Source: Bacteroidia bacterium (GTDB lineage: Bacteria > Bacteroidota > Bacteroidia > NS11-12g > UBA9320). Taken from it: a stretch of DNA of 64,000 nucleotides. The notes beneath the pieces were generated by a model. That model had not been told where the DNA came from. It was given only the letters and a program-made list of their open reading frames with translations, and did no database searches. Shown piece after piece: positions 9,814 to 20,731 of the stretch. Each line of letters opens with the position of its first letter. Position 1 is the stretch's first letter. Position numbers and translations under genes: made by a program. The stretch spans positions 4,013 to 68,012 of the forward strand of contig JAEPQQ010000009.1 in assembly GCA_017640445.1 (NCBI GenBank), given 5' to 3'.

Positions 9814-10485
9814 ATGAAATCGAAAAATAACAACCTTAAAACCGAGTTAGTAGAGAAGTGCAATGCGTGTCTTGAGAACGGAGAATTTCCAGATGTTGTA
9901 TTGGACGGTATACGAGAAAAGCGATTGAGGGAAAATGTGATCCGCGACGTGTTTATGTCCAGAGGTAAGCGATTTGAAGAGTTAACGGAGCACGAACAAA
10001 AGGAAACGAGGAGACGCGTGAAGGTGAAGTCGGCGTTTGAAGATTACTACAGAACCCTGTTGCTTTTTAAGAGCACCGTATACCTGGCCTTTGCCATGGG
10101 CATCATAATTTGGGTTACGGCAGACATTGGCACCAACCTCAACCATATGTTTGGTATCATAACATCTCTCATCGGATTAGGGTTGTTTGTGGCAACCTGG
10201 TTTCATTCTTTTTTGCATCAATACGGCCGTTATATAGCAGTTGTATTGTTGGTAGCATACGTCATTGAGAAGCTGACTCTAGGGTTGCCAGACACCTTAC
10301 TTTTTCCAGTATATTCTGTGTCGGCAGCCGGTGGCCTGATTGGCCTGGTGAATGAAATGACTCCATATATTTATGAGTTGGTCCGCCTGCTTACTGTAGG
10401 CTTTTCGTTTAAAATGGTTAGCGACAGGAGTAAGTTTGAGCGATTGAAGAAGGCCTTCGAGGAAGGCCATTCCGTCGATTACTGA
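9814..10485 (+). CDS. hypothetical membrane protein (charged N-terminal domain plus multi-TM C-terminus)
   Basis: 223-aa ORF, 8 nt after the previous gene. No family recognised. Confidence 0.5.
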   Translation: MKSKNNNLKTELVEKCNACLENGEFPDVVLDGIREKRLRENVIRDVFMSRGKRFEELTEHEQKETRRRVKVKSAFEDYYRTLLLFKSTVYLAFAMGIIIWVTADIGTNLNHMFGIITSLIGLGLFVATWFHSFLHQYGRYIAVVLLVAYVIEKLTLGLPDTLLFPVYSVSAAGGLIGLVNEMTPYIYELVRLLTVGFSFKMVSDRSKFERLKKAFEEGHSVDY

Positions 10486-11060
10486 TCACTATTCGATTCT
10501 TCCAGGAACGAAGAAACCGGGGTGTACCAACCGCGTTCTTTTATCTTTTCGAGAAATGTTGCTTTGTCGTCGTTGTACAAAATGCTAATCTTAGAAGTGT
10601 GCCCATATTGAACCTCAGAAAGGAACTTGGCCAAACCATAAAAGAAAATGGTCTGCTCCTCCGAGTTCTCACACTTGATGTTTAACCTCGATTTGCCATC
10701 GGTATAAATAATGAATGAGCGCTCCTTGTATAAGGTGAGTACAAAACCTACGGTGTGCTTGGTAACAACCGGTTGTATCCATAAGATGCGCTCCGGGGTT
10801 TCCGTAATCAGTTTGTACCAATAACGACCGTCTTCCAAAAAGACATCTTTACGATTCATTACGATGCCGTAACCAATCAAGCCAAAAACCAAGGTAATGC
10901 TACCAAAAATCAAGGTAAAGGGAGAAGTTATGGTGAAATAAAGCAATACCATAACCACAAAGCCGAGCAGAGCAATGGCAAGGATGGACTCCTGCTTTTC
11001 TTTGTCTCGTTGGCGTACAAGTAAATCTTTAAAACGGAAATCGAGTTGTTGTTCGGTCAT
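10479..11060 (-). CDS. hypothetical membrane protein (2 TM plus soluble C-terminal domain)
   Basis: 193-aa ORF. Its 3-prime end overlaps the convergent gene by 7 nt. Confidence 0.5.
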   Translation of the reverse strand: MTEQQLDFRFKDLLVRQRDKEKQESILAIALLGFVVMVLLYFTITSPFTLIFGSITLVFGLIGYGIVMNRKDVFLEDGRYWYKLITETPERILWIQPVVTKHTVGFVLTLYKERSFIIYTDGKSRLNIKCENSEEQTIFFYGLAKFLSEVQYGHTSKISILYNDDKATFLEKIKERGWYTPVSSFLEESNSDQ

Positions 11061-11090
11061 AACAGTTTCGTTTGACCAAATATACTAGTT

Positions 11091-11564
11091 CTACACCAAC
11101 TTGCTTAGTTCCTTGTTGAAGTCGTATTGAAGGTCTTCGTGTACCGATTTCATCGTTTTCCTAACGTAGTCGATCTGCCGGCGGAATAAATTGCGCAAGG
11201 CTACATGACGATCAAGGTCGGGGGTTACTTCGCGCAGTAAGGCGCAATAGTGAAGCAAAAGCTCGATCTCGGTTTCCTTCTTTTTGGAGTACCGGATGTA
11301 CTTCTTCACGTCTTTCAGTATTTTTCGTGCACTCTTTTTAATGTAATAGGGGCTCGATGTATTGATGGAGCCAAACGACTCTGCCATCTCTTCTTTTATC
11401 GAGTCGATAAAACCGGCCTCATTGGACGATTTGAACAAGAGGTAGGTGAGAAGCTCTTTGTTTTCTTTCTTGAAGCGAGCAAGGTGTAAACAGAGAGCTC
11501 TGATCTCAGATGTGGAACAGAACTCAAGTTCGTCTTTAATCTCTTTGATACTGGCTGCTTTCAT
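11091..11564 (-). CDS. hypothetical protein (all-helical, Lys-rich)
   Basis: 157-aa ORF immediately downstream of the gcvP terminator. No family recognised. Confidence 0.5.
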   Translation of the reverse strand: MKAASIKEIKDELEFCSTSEIRALCLHLARFKKENKELLTYLLFKSSNEAGFIDSIKEEMAESFGSINTSSPYYIKKSARKILKDVKKYIRYSKKKETEIELLLHYCALLREVTPDLDRHVALRNLFRRQIDYVRKTMKSVHEDLQYDFNKELSKLV

Positions 11565-11605
11565 AGGGTCAATACAAACCTAGTTGGATTTGGTTGGAAT
11601 AACCA

Positions 11606-11638
11606 CAAAAAAAGGGCCGTTGATACATCAGCGGCCCT
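11606..11638 (-). terminator. Rho-independent terminator of gcvP
   Basis: On the minus strand: agggccg-loop-cggccct followed by a T7 run, 20 nt after the gcvP stop. Confidence 0.7.
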
Positions 11639-11656
11639 ACTTGGTTCTTTCTATTT

Positions 11657-14542
11657 TTAGGCCTCAGCCTGTTCTTCGTATTCCGACAATGGAGGGCAGG
11701 CACAAACCAGATTTCGGTCACCAAATGTGTCATTCACACGTGATACTGATGGCCAAAACTTCTTAGCTTTTACCCAAGGACGTGGGTATGCTGCCATTTC
11801 TCTGCTGTATTTGTGGGGCCACTCGGTGGCCATAACGGTTTCAGCGGTATGCGGTGCATTTACCAATAAATTGTCTTCGCGCGAGTATGTTCCATTCTCA
11901 ATGGCTCGGATTTCCTCGCGGATCGACAACATTGCGTCACAGAAACGGTCGAGTTCCTCCTTGCTTTCACTTTCCGTTGGCTCCACCATTAGGGTGCCGG
12001 CAATTGGGAAGGAAACAGTTGGGGCATGGTAGCCATAATCCATCAGACGTTTGGCAATATCAGCAACCTGAACACCAGAGTCTGCTTTCAATACACGAGT
12101 GTCAACAATCATCTCGTGAGCTACTGTGCCATTTTTCCCCGTATACAACATTGGGTATGCATCACCCAGTTTAGCCTTAATGTAATTAGCATTAAGAATG
12201 GCAATGCGCGTAGCCTCTTTTAACCCCTTGGCACCCATCATTTTGATATAGGCGTAAGAGATCAATAGAATGCTTGAGCTTCCAAAAGGTGCCGATGATA
12301 CGGCAGACATAGCCTTGTTAGTTCCCAGTTCTACCACAGAATGACCTGGAAGATATGGCAACAAATGAGCTGCTACACCAATTGGGCCCATGCCTGGTCC
12401 GCCACCACCATGAGGAATGCAAAAAGTTTTATGGAGGTTAAGGTGACAAACGTCTGCACCAATCATTCCCGGGTTGGTAAGCCCAACCTGAGCATTCATG
12501 TTGGCACCATCCATATAAACCTGACCACCGTTGTCGTGTACAATGGAAGTAATCTCCTTGATGGTTTCTTCGTACACACCGTTGGTAGAAGGATAGGTAA
12601 CCATAATACATGCCAGATTTTCGGCGTGTAGCTCTGCCTTTTCTTTAAGGTCGGTTATGTCGATGTACCCGTTGTCGAGACACTTAACAACCACCACTTT
12701 CATCCCTGCCATCACAGCACTTGCCGGGTTGGTACCATGAGCAGACGATGGTATTAAAGCAATGTTTCTGTGTCCTTCTCCACGATCTTTAAAGTACTCG
12801 CGAATAACCATTAAGCCGGCATATTCTCCCTGCGAACCTGCGTTAGGCTGCATACTCATACCTGCGAACCCTGTAATTTCAGAAAGATCGCGGTTCAATT
12901 CCTCAATCATCTCATAATAACCGTCAACCTGGTTGCGTGGTACAAAAGGATGTATGGCATTGAATTCTGGCCAGGTAACCGGAATCATTTCGGTTGTGGC
13001 ATTCAGTTTCATTGTACAACTACCCAATGAAATCATTGAATGTGTAAGTGAAAGGTCTTTGTTCTCCAACGACTTGATATACCGGAGCATTTCGTGTTCG
13101 ATGTGGTACTTGTGAAATACCTCATGCTCCATGAACTCCGATGTTCTGATAAAGCTGCTGTCCCAATCAAGGTTCAGATCGTTGGTGAACGAATGGATGT
13201 CAACGCTGGTGTTTTTTGCTTTCGCAAAACAATCAGCAATACGTTGGATGTCTTCAAGTTCGGTGGTCTCGTCAATCGAAATTCCAATGAAGTCGCCTCC
13301 GTTTCGGAAGTTCATTTCACTGGCTTCAGCGTTTGCGATTATGTTCTGAACCTCGTCAGCCGTTAATCCATCCACTTTCAGTGTATCGAAGTACGTGCTG
13401 TTCGACTGAGAATAACCCAATTGACCAAGGGCGCGGTCCAATATTTTGGTTAGCCCGTGTGTCTTGCCTGCAATTCTCTTTAGGCCTTCCGGGCCATGGT
13501 AAACGGCGTACATGCCTGCCATTACAGCCAGAAGAACCTGAGCAGTACAGATGTTTGACGTTGCTTTGTCACGTTTGATGTGCTGCTCTCTGGTTTGAAG
13601 TGCCATTCGGAGCGCCATGTGACCCTTAGCATCTTTACTCACGCCAATGATTCGGCCTGGGATCTGACGTTTATAAGCTTCCTTGGTAGCAAAGAACGCC
13701 GCGTGTGGGCCTCCAAAACCAAGTGGTACGCCAAATCGCTGAGAATTACCTACCACGGCATCTGCGCCCCATTCGCCCGGAGGAGTAAGCATGGTAAGTG
13801 CTAACAAGTCCGATATAGCAGCAACCAAAACGCCTGAATCGTGCGCCTTGGAACAGAAATCTGAATAGTCAGAAACATTTCCGTTTGCATTTGGATATTG
13901 CACTATGGCTCCAAAGTACGACTCGTCAAGCGAGGCTTCGGTATAGTTACCAAAAACCAACTCAACACCGACAGGAGTTGCCCGGGTTTTGATAATGTCA
14001 ATGGTTTGAGGGAATATAGAATTGTCAACAAAAAACTTGTTGGCTTCTTTACGCTTACACACGTTGTGGAACATGGTCATCGTTTCAGCCGCCGCAGTAC
14101 CTTCATCAAGAAGTGAAGCGTTTGCGAGCTCCATCCCGGTAAGATCCATCACCATCGTTTGGAAATTAAGCAGGGCTTCCAAACGACCTTGTGCAATCTC
14201 TGCCTGATAAGGTGTGTATTGGGTATACCAGCCCGGGTTTTCCATAATGTTTCTTAGAATAACCGCTGGTGTATGGGTATTGTAATACCCCATGCCAATG
14301 TAGTTCTTATATACCTTATTCTTGGAAGCGGTCTTCCTAAGATTAGCAAGGAAGTCTTGTTCGCTAAGTGCTTTGGAAATGTTTAATTCATTGGTCAGAC
14401 GAATGTTCTCCGGTATCGTTTTTTCGATGAGTTCATCCAGACTGCTTACTCCGATAGTGGCCAACATTTCGGCTTGCTCCGCTTCTGTTGGTCCGTTGTG
14501 TCGATCTTTGAAAAAGTCGATTTGACTAACGTTTAACTGCAT
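11657..14542 (-). CDS. gcvP: glycine dehydrogenase (aminomethyl-transferring), glycine cleavage system P protein
   Basis: 961-aa single-chain P protein. Contains [46 protein letters not shown] (the PLP-lysine region) and MVEPTESE. Confidence 0.96.
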   Translation of the reverse strand: MQLNVSQIDFFKDRHNGPTEAEQAEMLATIGVSSLDELIEKTIPENIRLTNELNISKALSEQDFLANLRKTASKNKVYKNYIGMGYYNTHTPAVILRNIMENPGWYTQYTPYQAEIAQGRLEALLNFQTMVMDLTGMELANASLLDEGTAAAETMTMFHNVCKRKEANKFFVDNSIFPQTIDIIKTRATPVGVELVFGNYTEASLDESYFGAIVQYPNANGNVSDYSDFCSKAHDSGVLVAAISDLLALTMLTPPGEWGADAVVGNSQRFGVPLGFGGPHAAFFATKEAYKRQIPGRIIGVSKDAKGHMALRMALQTREQHIKRDKATSNICTAQVLLAVMAGMYAVYHGPEGLKRIAGKTHGLTKILDRALGQLGYSQSNSTYFDTLKVDGLTADEVQNIIANAEASEMNFRNGGDFIGISIDETTELEDIQRIADCFAKAKNTSVDIHSFTNDLNLDWDSSFIRTSEFMEHEVFHKYHIEHEMLRYIKSLENKDLSLTHSMISLGSCTMKLNATTEMIPVTWPEFNAIHPFVPRNQVDGYYEMIEELNRDLSEITGFAGMSMQPNAGSQGEYAGLMVIREYFKDRGEGHRNIALIPSSAHGTNPASAVMAGMKVVVVKCLDNGYIDITDLKEKAELHAENLACIMVTYPSTNGVYEETIKEITSIVHDNGGQVYMDGANMNAQVGLTNPGMIGADVCHLNLHKTFCIPHGGGGPGMGPIGVAAHLLPYLPGHSVVELGTNKAMSAVSSAPFGSSSILLISYAYIKMMGAKGLKEATRIAILNANYIKAKLGDAYPMLYTGKNGTVAHEMIVDTRVLKADSGVQVADIAKRLMDYGYHAPTVSFPIAGTLMVEPTESESKEELDRFCDAMLSIREEIRAIENGTYSREDNLLVNAPHTAETVMATEWPHKYSREMAAYPRPWVKAKKFWPSVSRVNDTFGDRNLVCACPPLSEYEEQAEA

Positions 14543-14568
14543 GTAGTTGCTCCTTTAAAAATGTGTCG

Positions 14569-14576
14569 CAAAAATA
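14569..14576 (-). promoter_or_regulatory. candidate Bacteroidota -7 promoter box (TAnnTTTG) for gcvP
   Basis: The minus strand reads TATTTTTG about 27 nt upstream of the gcvP ATG. Motif match only. Confidence 0.3.
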
Positions 14577-14641
14577 AGGGAATAGCGCATTATTTTTAGT
14601 ATGTGAGCAAGAATGAAGTGTCGCCTGTAAAAAGTTGATTT

Positions 14642-15259
14642 TTAGTTAGTTGTGTCCGGTTCGGAATTGTAATTGTCTAAAATCTCCCTGAGTCTGTCGT
14701 TGCTCTCAGCCAGTCGGTCAAGTGTTGTCATCATAGTGCGACTAATGCGTTGATATTCAGGCTCTAAGCTGTGGATTGAATGAGCCAGTTGCTCTGCTGC
14801 CAGTCGGTTTGCTTCAATGTCAGCCAATTCGGTGGTGTAATACTTCTTAAATTCTTCCTTGGTTAATTCTTGATTATCAACCGATTGGCGAAGATTTTGT
14901 ACCTGAATTTCCAACGACTTCATTTCATTAAAGATAGAGGCATACTGGCTTAGAAAATGCTTATAGGCTTTTTTGATTCCCTTATACTTGGCCAGGGAAT
15001 TACCAAATTCTTTTGGCATATCCCCCTCGTAAAACATATCGATATACCGCATGTGGTCAAAAATGACCTGTTCCCGAATGCTTATGGTCGATACGTCTAT
15101 GCTTAGGAATTGTCCCGTTTCCATGAGCTTGTTTTCTAACGTGTCTAAGTGGGTGTAGTATCGCTGGTCGATCGGATTACATCCCGAATGGGAAATGCCA
15201 AGGAAAACACCAAAGATGATGATAAAACCCAAAATGAGACCGTTTTTTGTGTTCGTCAT
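14642..15259 (-). CDS. hypothetical lipoprotein (coiled-coil rich)
   Basis: Signal peptide ending in the lipobox-like ISHSGC. The rest is helical and charged. Confidence 0.5.
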   Translation of the reverse strand: MTNTKNGLILGFIIIFGVFLGISHSGCNPIDQRYYTHLDTLENKLMETGQFLSIDVSTISIREQVIFDHMRYIDMFYEGDMPKEFGNSLAKYKGIKKAYKHFLSQYASIFNEMKSLEIQVQNLRQSVDNQELTKEEFKKYYTTELADIEANRLAAEQLAHSIHSLEPEYQRISRTMMTTLDRLAESNDRLREILDNYNSEPDTTN

Positions 15260-15289
15260 ATTTTTGTCTTAGATTTATCCGGAATATAA

Positions 15290-16582
15290 ATGGCTAGCGA
15301 GGGAGCAAAGGTAAAGAAAATCAAGCGGTTCATGTTTCTCAAAGACGTGCTGGTGATTGCCTTCTCTGCATTCGGTGGACCTAATATGCATCTGGCGCTT
15401 TTTCAGAAGCGAATGGTGGAAAAGAGGAGCTATTTGTCCGAATCGGAGCTCCTGGAGCTGTACTCATTGGCCCAAATGCTTCCCGGACCAAGCAGTACCC
15501 AAACCATTACTTCCATGGGGTATAAGTTCGGAGGACCAACACTTGCCTTCCTGACCCTAATGGTGTGGATTCTGCCCGCGTTTATATTCATGTCGACCTT
15601 CTCGTTTTTGTTCGAGTTTCTCGACCCAGCTACAACCAATCAGGTTTTCAGATTCATTCAGCCATTGGCGGTTGCTTTCATATTTACGGCAGGTCTGAAA
15701 ATGGCGCTGAAGGTAAATCGAGGAAGAATGAAACTCATCCTTATGGCGCTGGCGTTTATCATCGTTGCTTTGCTACGGCACCCGTTGGAGAAATACGTAA
15801 AAACGCCCTGGATGTTTCCCGTTATCCTCATTGGTGGAGGTGTTATCAGTTACTTTATAAACAAAGGTGACGAAGACATAATACAGGAAATCGACAATCG
15901 ACCGAAGTTGGTTATTAAGTGGCTGTATCCAATCATTTTTGCCGCCATTTTCATTTTTGCCGCGGTGGTTGGTAAGCTGTCAGGGCATCGAATTTTTGTT
16001 TTGTTCGAAAACATGTATCGCTTCGGAACACTGGTGTTTGGAGGCGGTAATGTGCTGATACCGATGATGGTAGAGCAGTTTGTGATGTTCAACGAATGGA
16101 TACGGATGGATGAGTTCCTTACCGGTATTGGGCTTAATCAGGCGGTGCCTGGCCCCATTTTTACGATAGGAACCTATAGTGGTGGATTGGTAATGCGTGA
16201 ATATGGTTCAATGTGGCAGCTAATGGGTTGTTTGGTCGGATCGATCGGAATATTCTTACCCGGTACACTGATGATCTTTTTTGTATATCCCATTTGGGAC
16301 AGCATTAAGAACTATAAAATTATCCGACGGTCGCTGGATGGCGTAATTGCGGCGTCTTCCGGGTTGGTTCTGGCCGCGGGTTACCTGCTTTTTCTCCCCG
16401 TTGCGTTTAACTGGAAAGTGGAAAATAGCTTTCATTACACAAACCTTCAGGAACACGATTTTGTTAATTATTTTGATATTGGTCTGATTGTTGTTCTCTC
16501 CATATTGCTGAGGCGGTTTAAGATCCCGGCACCGGTTTGGGTAGTTTTAGCGATCTTAGCTGGTATCATTTTTAAGACGTAA
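15290..16582 (+). CDS. chrA: chromate ion transporter (CHR family, two fused CHR domains)
   Basis: FSAFGGPNMHLALF in the first half and LVFGGGNVLIPMM in the second half, with about 10-12 TM segments. Confidence 0.8.
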   Translation: MASEGAKVKKIKRFMFLKDVLVIAFSAFGGPNMHLALFQKRMVEKRSYLSESELLELYSLAQMLPGPSSTQTITSMGYKFGGPTLAFLTLMVWILPAFIFMSTFSFLFEFLDPATTNQVFRFIQPLAVAFIFTAGLKMALKVNRGRMKLILMALAFIIVALLRHPLEKYVKTPWMFPVILIGGGVISYFINKGDEDIIQEIDNRPKLVIKWLYPIIFAAIFIFAAVVGKLSGHRIFVLFENMYRFGTLVFGGGNVLIPMMVEQFVMFNEWIRMDEFLTGIGLNQAVPGPIFTIGTYSGGLVMREYGSMWQLMGCLVGSIGIFLPGTLMIFFVYPIWDSIKNYKIIRRSLDGVIAASSGLVLAAGYLLFLPVAFNWKVENSFHYTNLQEHDFVNYFDIGLIVVLSILLRRFKIPAPVWVVLAILAGIIFKT

Positions 16583-16604
16583 ACGTATTACATGTAAAAC
16601 GCGG

Positions 16605-17276
16605 ATGTTAAAGCTAAGGAGTTTACTTACTGTTATTCTTATATGCTGCATAACCACTGGGTTTGCGCAAACCGAAGAGGCTCAGGATGGGGGAGATGAC
16701 AACCTGGTTCAGTTTTCTGGTGTGGTTATGACGTCGGATAGTTTAATGGGGGTGCCGTATGTGAGCATTGTCACCAGACGGACACAATTGGGTGTTTACA
16801 GTGACTATAATGGCTATTTTAATTTTGTGGCACAAAAAGGAGATACCATCGATTTTTCGTGTATTGGTTTTAAAACCTCCTTTTACATCATTCCGGATAC
16901 ATTAACACGGTCGAAGTATTCCATGATTAAATTGCTAACGGCGGATACATTCTACCTGGAAACCACGGTGGTAACCCCGTTGCCGCGAAGAGAGATGTTT
17001 GACTACTACTTTGTAAATGCAGACATCCCGGATGACGATATGGAAAGGGCTCGTAAGAATCTGAGACGAGAAGAGCTTAAGGAGCAAAGCGAGAACCTTC
17101 GTCCCGACGGCAGCGAGTCAGGTAAGTTTTATCTGGCGCAGCAAGCACGTGCATATTACTCGGCGGGCCAACTTGCCCCCAATAATTTGTTAAACCCATT
17201 CGCCTGGGCCCAGTTTTTCGAAGCCTGGAAGCGTGGAGACTTTAAAAAGCAGAAGAAAGACTTTTCTAAAGAGTAA
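16605..17276 (+). CDS. carboxypeptidase-regulatory-like domain-containing protein
   Basis: Signal peptide, then the FSGVVMTSDSLMGVPYVSIV...NGYFNFVAQKGDTIDFSCIGFKT fold pattern (CarboxypepD_reg-like). Confidence 0.55.
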   Translation: MLKLRSLLTVILICCITTGFAQTEEAQDGGDDNLVQFSGVVMTSDSLMGVPYVSIVTRRTQLGVYSDYNGYFNFVAQKGDTIDFSCIGFKTSFYIIPDTLTRSKYSMIKLLTADTFYLETTVVTPLPRREMFDYYFVNADIPDDDMERARKNLRREELKEQSENLRPDGSESGKFYLAQQARAYYSAGQLAPNNLLNPFAWAQFFEAWKRGDFKKQKKDFSKE

Positions 17277-17814
17277 AAGGCGAAACGAAATCGCTGAAGG
17301 AAGGATAGTCTTTGTCCTTTCCTGAAAGTTCAACCTCGTTTAACATCCAGTCAATATTGAGAAGAGGGTCGTTGTACATCAACCCACCTTCCGACTCAAC
17401 GTGGTATAAGTCTGTGCACTTATACGAGAATACGGTATGATCTTCCAGTGTGCAGAAACCGTGAGCGAAGCCCGGAGGAACCCAGAACATAGTTTTGTTT
17501 TCGCCGGTTAGCACAATGGAGTATGACTTTCCATAGGTAGGGCTGCCAATCCGTATATCGACAATAACATCCTGTACCGAACCACTTATTACCCGAACCA
17601 GCTTGCCTTGATCGTGAGGAGGTCGTTGGAAATGAAGCCCACGTAAAACGCCTTTGTGCGACATCGACTGATTGTCTTGAAGAAAATCAACATCAAGGCC
17701 TCCATCAGCAAATTTTTGGCTGCTGTAGCTCTCAAAAAAGTAACCCCGGTGATCGCCATAAACGTCTGGTTGAATGACCAGGGGACCGTCAATAAATATT
17801 TTTTTAAATTCCAC
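17266..17814 (-). CDS. rfbC: dTDP-4-dehydrorhamnose 3,5-epimerase
   Basis: GDHRGYFFESY, QDNQSMSHKGVLRGLHFQ, QGKLVRV and PPGFAHGF blocks. Confidence 0.9.
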   Translation of the reverse strand: MEFKKIFIDGPLVIQPDVYGDHRGYFFESYSSQKFADGGLDVDFLQDNQSMSHKGVLRGLHFQRPPHDQGKLVRVISGSVQDVIVDIRIGSPTYGKSYSIVLTGENKTMFWVPPGFAHGFCTLEDHTVFSYKCTDLYHVESEGGLMYNDPLLNIDWMLNEVELSGKDKDYPSFSDFVSPFTL

Positions 17815-17917
17815 TTGGTATCAGGTTGCCGCAAAGTTGTAAAACTTTCTTGGATATTGTTGATAACAAAGGTCGAAATTGGTATTCCCTGAAAACGTCG
17901 AATAATACTTTTGAGTG

Positions 17918-20215
17918 ATGGATGAGCAATTCGAACATGAGTATCTGAAAGGACTGAACCCGCCTCAGAAAGCTGCGGTGCTTCAGACCAGTGGACCGGT
18001 GATGATTGTAGCGGGGGCCGGGTCGGGAAAGACCCGTGTTTTAACCTATCGGATTGCCCACATGATTGCGTCGGGCATAGATCCGTTTAATATTCTGGCG
18101 TTAACGTTTACGAATAAGGCCGCTAAAGAAATGCGTAAACGAATCGAGTCGGTAGTAGGGGCAGAAGCGCGAAATATCTGGATGGGTACGTTCCACTCGA
18201 TTTTTGCTAAGATTCTACGGTTTGAGGCTGATAAACTTGGGTATCCAAGCAACTTTACCATCTACGATACCGATGACTCGAAGAGTTTGCTCAAGACCAT
18301 TATTAAGGAAATGAAGCTCGACGACAAGGTGTACAAACCCAACGTGGTGCTGAACCGAATAAGTGCCGCTAAAAATGGGTTGATCACACATAAAATGTAC
18401 TCGAGTGCAGATGAATTAACATCCTACGATTCGGTAAGTGGCCGACCCCATATTGCCAAGATTTATGAAGCCTACGCCAAACGTTGTTTTATGGCCGGGG
18501 CAATGGATTTTGATGATTTGTTGCTCAAAACATTTGAGTTGTTTACCCGGCATGTTGATGTCTTAAACCGTTATCAGCATAAGTTTAAATACGTTATGGT
18601 GGATGAGTATCAGGATACCAACCACTGCCAGTATATGATTGTGAAAAAACTTGCTGCGGTAAATGAAAACATCTGTGTTGTAGGGGATGATGCCCAGTCG
18701 ATCTACTCGTTTCGGGGGGCAACAATTCGGAATATCCTGAACTTTGAGAAGGATTATCCCGATCTGAAGGTGTTTAAGCTGGAGCAAAACTACCGGTCTA
18801 CTCAAACCATTGTAAATGCCGCCGGTTCTGTGATCTCAAAGAACAAAGATCAGTTAGAGAAAAAAGTGTGGACCGACAACCAGTTGGGAGAGAAGATTAA
18901 GGTAATGCGTGCGGTTACCGACAATGAGGAAGGCCGCCTGATTGCCCAATCTATTTTTGAGGAGAAAATGAAGGCGCAACTCACTAATAAGGAGTTTGCC
19001 ATCCTATATAGAACCAATGCCCAATCGCGGAGTTTGGAGGAGGCATTGAGGAAACTGAACCTGCCATACCGCATTTACGGCGGGATGTCTTTTTACCAGC
19101 GTAAGGAGGTGAAAGATATGATAGCCTATCTGAGGCTTACGGTGAATCACAGGGATGAGGAAAGCTTGAAGCGGGTGATCAATTACCCGGCAAGAGGCAT
19201 AGGGAAAACTACCCTCGATCGCGTTCAATTGAATGCGGCCGAACAAGGCATTGCTTGGTGGGATGTGGTAGAAAATCCGGAGATGTTTCCGAATTTGTCC
19301 TCAGCAGCCTCAAAGCTTAAAGACTTCGTAATTAAGATAAAGAGCTTTGCAACCATGTTGCAATCGAAAGATGCATACGACCTTGCAATGCACATAGCTA
19401 AGTCTACCAATTTGCTAAAAAACCTGCACGACGATAAGACGGTAGAAGGTATTAGCAGGTACGAAAACGTGGTGGAGCTATTAAATGGTGTCAAAGAGTT
19501 TGTTGAAGACGATACGTCGGAACTGGAGAAGAACCTTGGTACTTACCTTCAGGACATTGCTCTGGTTACGGATGCCGATAAGGATGATGGCACTGAGGAC
19601 AAGGTTTCGCTTATGACAATTCATGCCGCAAAGGGGTTGGAGTTTCCATACGTCTATATAAGTGGTATGGAAGAAAACCTGTTCCCTTCTCAGATGAGTA
19701 GCGGCAGTAGAAAGGAGTTGGAGGAAGAACGAAGGTTGTTCTATGTGGGAGTAACGCGCGCAGAGAAGAAACTTACACTGTCGTATGCTAATTCCAGATT
19801 TAGATTTGGTCAGCTGCTTCCTGGAGAACCCAGTAGATTCATTGCGGAGATAAATGAGGATTTTGTCGAACTCGATCGAAAATCTTTTAAGAAACGAAGT
19901 GCGTCTGACGAAGAAACCGGTTTGGGGCGGTTTGCCAGTAGGAATAAACCTAAGCCGAACTTTCGAAACAAGTATGGCAAGTCAAATAAACCAGCCGGTA
20001 CGGCCAAGCTTCCACCGGCCATAGAGAACTTTGTACCAGAAGATACTTCTGCCATTCAGCCTGGCGATCAGGTAGAACACCAACGGTTTGGTGTAGGTAA
20101 AGTGGTGTCGGTTGATGGTGACCTGGGTAGTAAAAAGGCGACCATCGAATTCGATCAATTCGGAAAGAAGCAGTTGGTTCTGAAATTTGCCAAGTTGCGT
20201 TTTGTGAAATCCTAG
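17918..20215 (+). CDS. ATP-dependent DNA helicase, UvrD/PcrA/Rep family
   Basis: Walker A AGAGSGKTRVL, TFTNKAAKEM, VDEYQDTN, YRSTQ, TIHAAKGLEF and VGVTRAE helicase motifs. ATG at 17918 chosen, one codon after the GTG of the ORF track. Confidence 0.9.
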   Translation: MDEQFEHEYLKGLNPPQKAAVLQTSGPVMIVAGAGSGKTRVLTYRIAHMIASGIDPFNILALTFTNKAAKEMRKRIESVVGAEARNIWMGTFHSIFAKILRFEADKLGYPSNFTIYDTDDSKSLLKTIIKEMKLDDKVYKPNVVLNRISAAKNGLITHKMYSSADELTSYDSVSGRPHIAKIYEAYAKRCFMAGAMDFDDLLLKTFELFTRHVDVLNRYQHKFKYVMVDEYQDTNHCQYMIVKKLAAVNENICVVGDDAQSIYSFRGATIRNILNFEKDYPDLKVFKLEQNYRSTQTIVNAAGSVISKNKDQLEKKVWTDNQLGEKIKVMRAVTDNEEGRLIAQSIFEEKMKAQLTNKEFAILYRTNAQSRSLEEALRKLNLPYRIYGGMSFYQRKEVKDMIAYLRLTVNHRDEESLKRVINYPARGIGKTTLDRVQLNAAEQGIAWWDVVENPEMFPNLSSAASKLKDFVIKIKSFATMLQSKDAYDLAMHIAKSTNLLKNLHDDKTVEGISRYENVVELLNGVKEFVEDDTSELEKNLGTYLQDIALVTDADKDDGTEDKVSLMTIHAAKGLEFPYVYISGMEENLFPSQMSSGSRKELEEERRLFYVGVTRAEKKLTLSYANSRFRFGQLLPGEPSRFIAEINEDFVELDRKSFKKRSASDEETGLGRFASRNKPKPNFRNKYGKSNKPAGTAKLPPAIENFVPEDTSAIQPGDQVEHQRFGVGKVVSVDGDLGSKKATIEFDQFGKKQLVLKFAKLRFVKS

Positions 20216-20586
20216 GCGCTTGCCTTGTAGCGATCCAGAATACTTCGGAGCTCTTGCATTGCGCTAGGCTTTAACAGGTATTCATTCATGCCGCTGTCAA
20301 TCGCTTTGGGGAGTACTTGTTCTTCTGGGAGCGAGGTAAAGGCAATGATGGGAAGTTTAGAATCTATGGAGCGTATTTCTTTTGCAATATCGTAACCATC
20401 GTGAATTGGCATTTGTATGTCCAGTAACACAAGGCTGTACGTATTCTTTTCAATAAGACCAAGTGCTTGAGACTTGTTGCAGGCAACATCAAAAGGTATG
20501 TTCAGTTTGTTGAACATGATTCCGGCGAATAGGCTGTTGATTTCGTTGTCATCTACAAGTAGTAGTCGGATGTTCTCGTTCGTCAT
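20212..20586 (-). CDS. single-domain response regulator (CheY-like receiver only)
   Basis: LLLVDDNEIN ... LVLLDIQMP ... IIAFTS ... YLLKP receiver signature with no output domain. Start set at MTNENIRLLLVDD. Confidence 0.8.
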   Translation of the reverse strand: MTNENIRLLLVDDNEINSLFAGIMFNKLNIPFDVACNKSQALGLIEKNTYSLVLLDIQMPIHDGYDIAKEIRSIDSKLPIIAFTSLPEEQVLPKAIDSGMNEYLLKPSAMQELRSILDRYKASA

Positions 20587-20731
20587 AAGAGTAAGTTTAA
20601 GTAGTCGGTACAGGTGAAGCAAGCAGTGTGCCACCTCCTATACAAATATACAACTTGTTGATTTATAGACCTTTAATTCGGCTATCTATTATGTAGATTT
20701 TTCCCAAAAATGGAAAATGTTCCTATTTTGG

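Noticed and set aside
11727-14525. A dozen plus-strand ORFs of 60-106 aa antisense to gcvP.
   Set aside because: They lie entirely within a strongly conserved 961-aa gene on the other strand. Their translations are low-complexity or Ser/Arg-rich with no recognisable motifs, which is typical of shadow ORFs.
14543-14641. Looked for a glycine riboswitch in the gcvP leader.
   Set aside because: The 99-nt leader is AT-rich and lacks the conserved GGAGAG...CACCG-type glycine aptamer cores. Only a -7-box-like TATTTTTG is visible.
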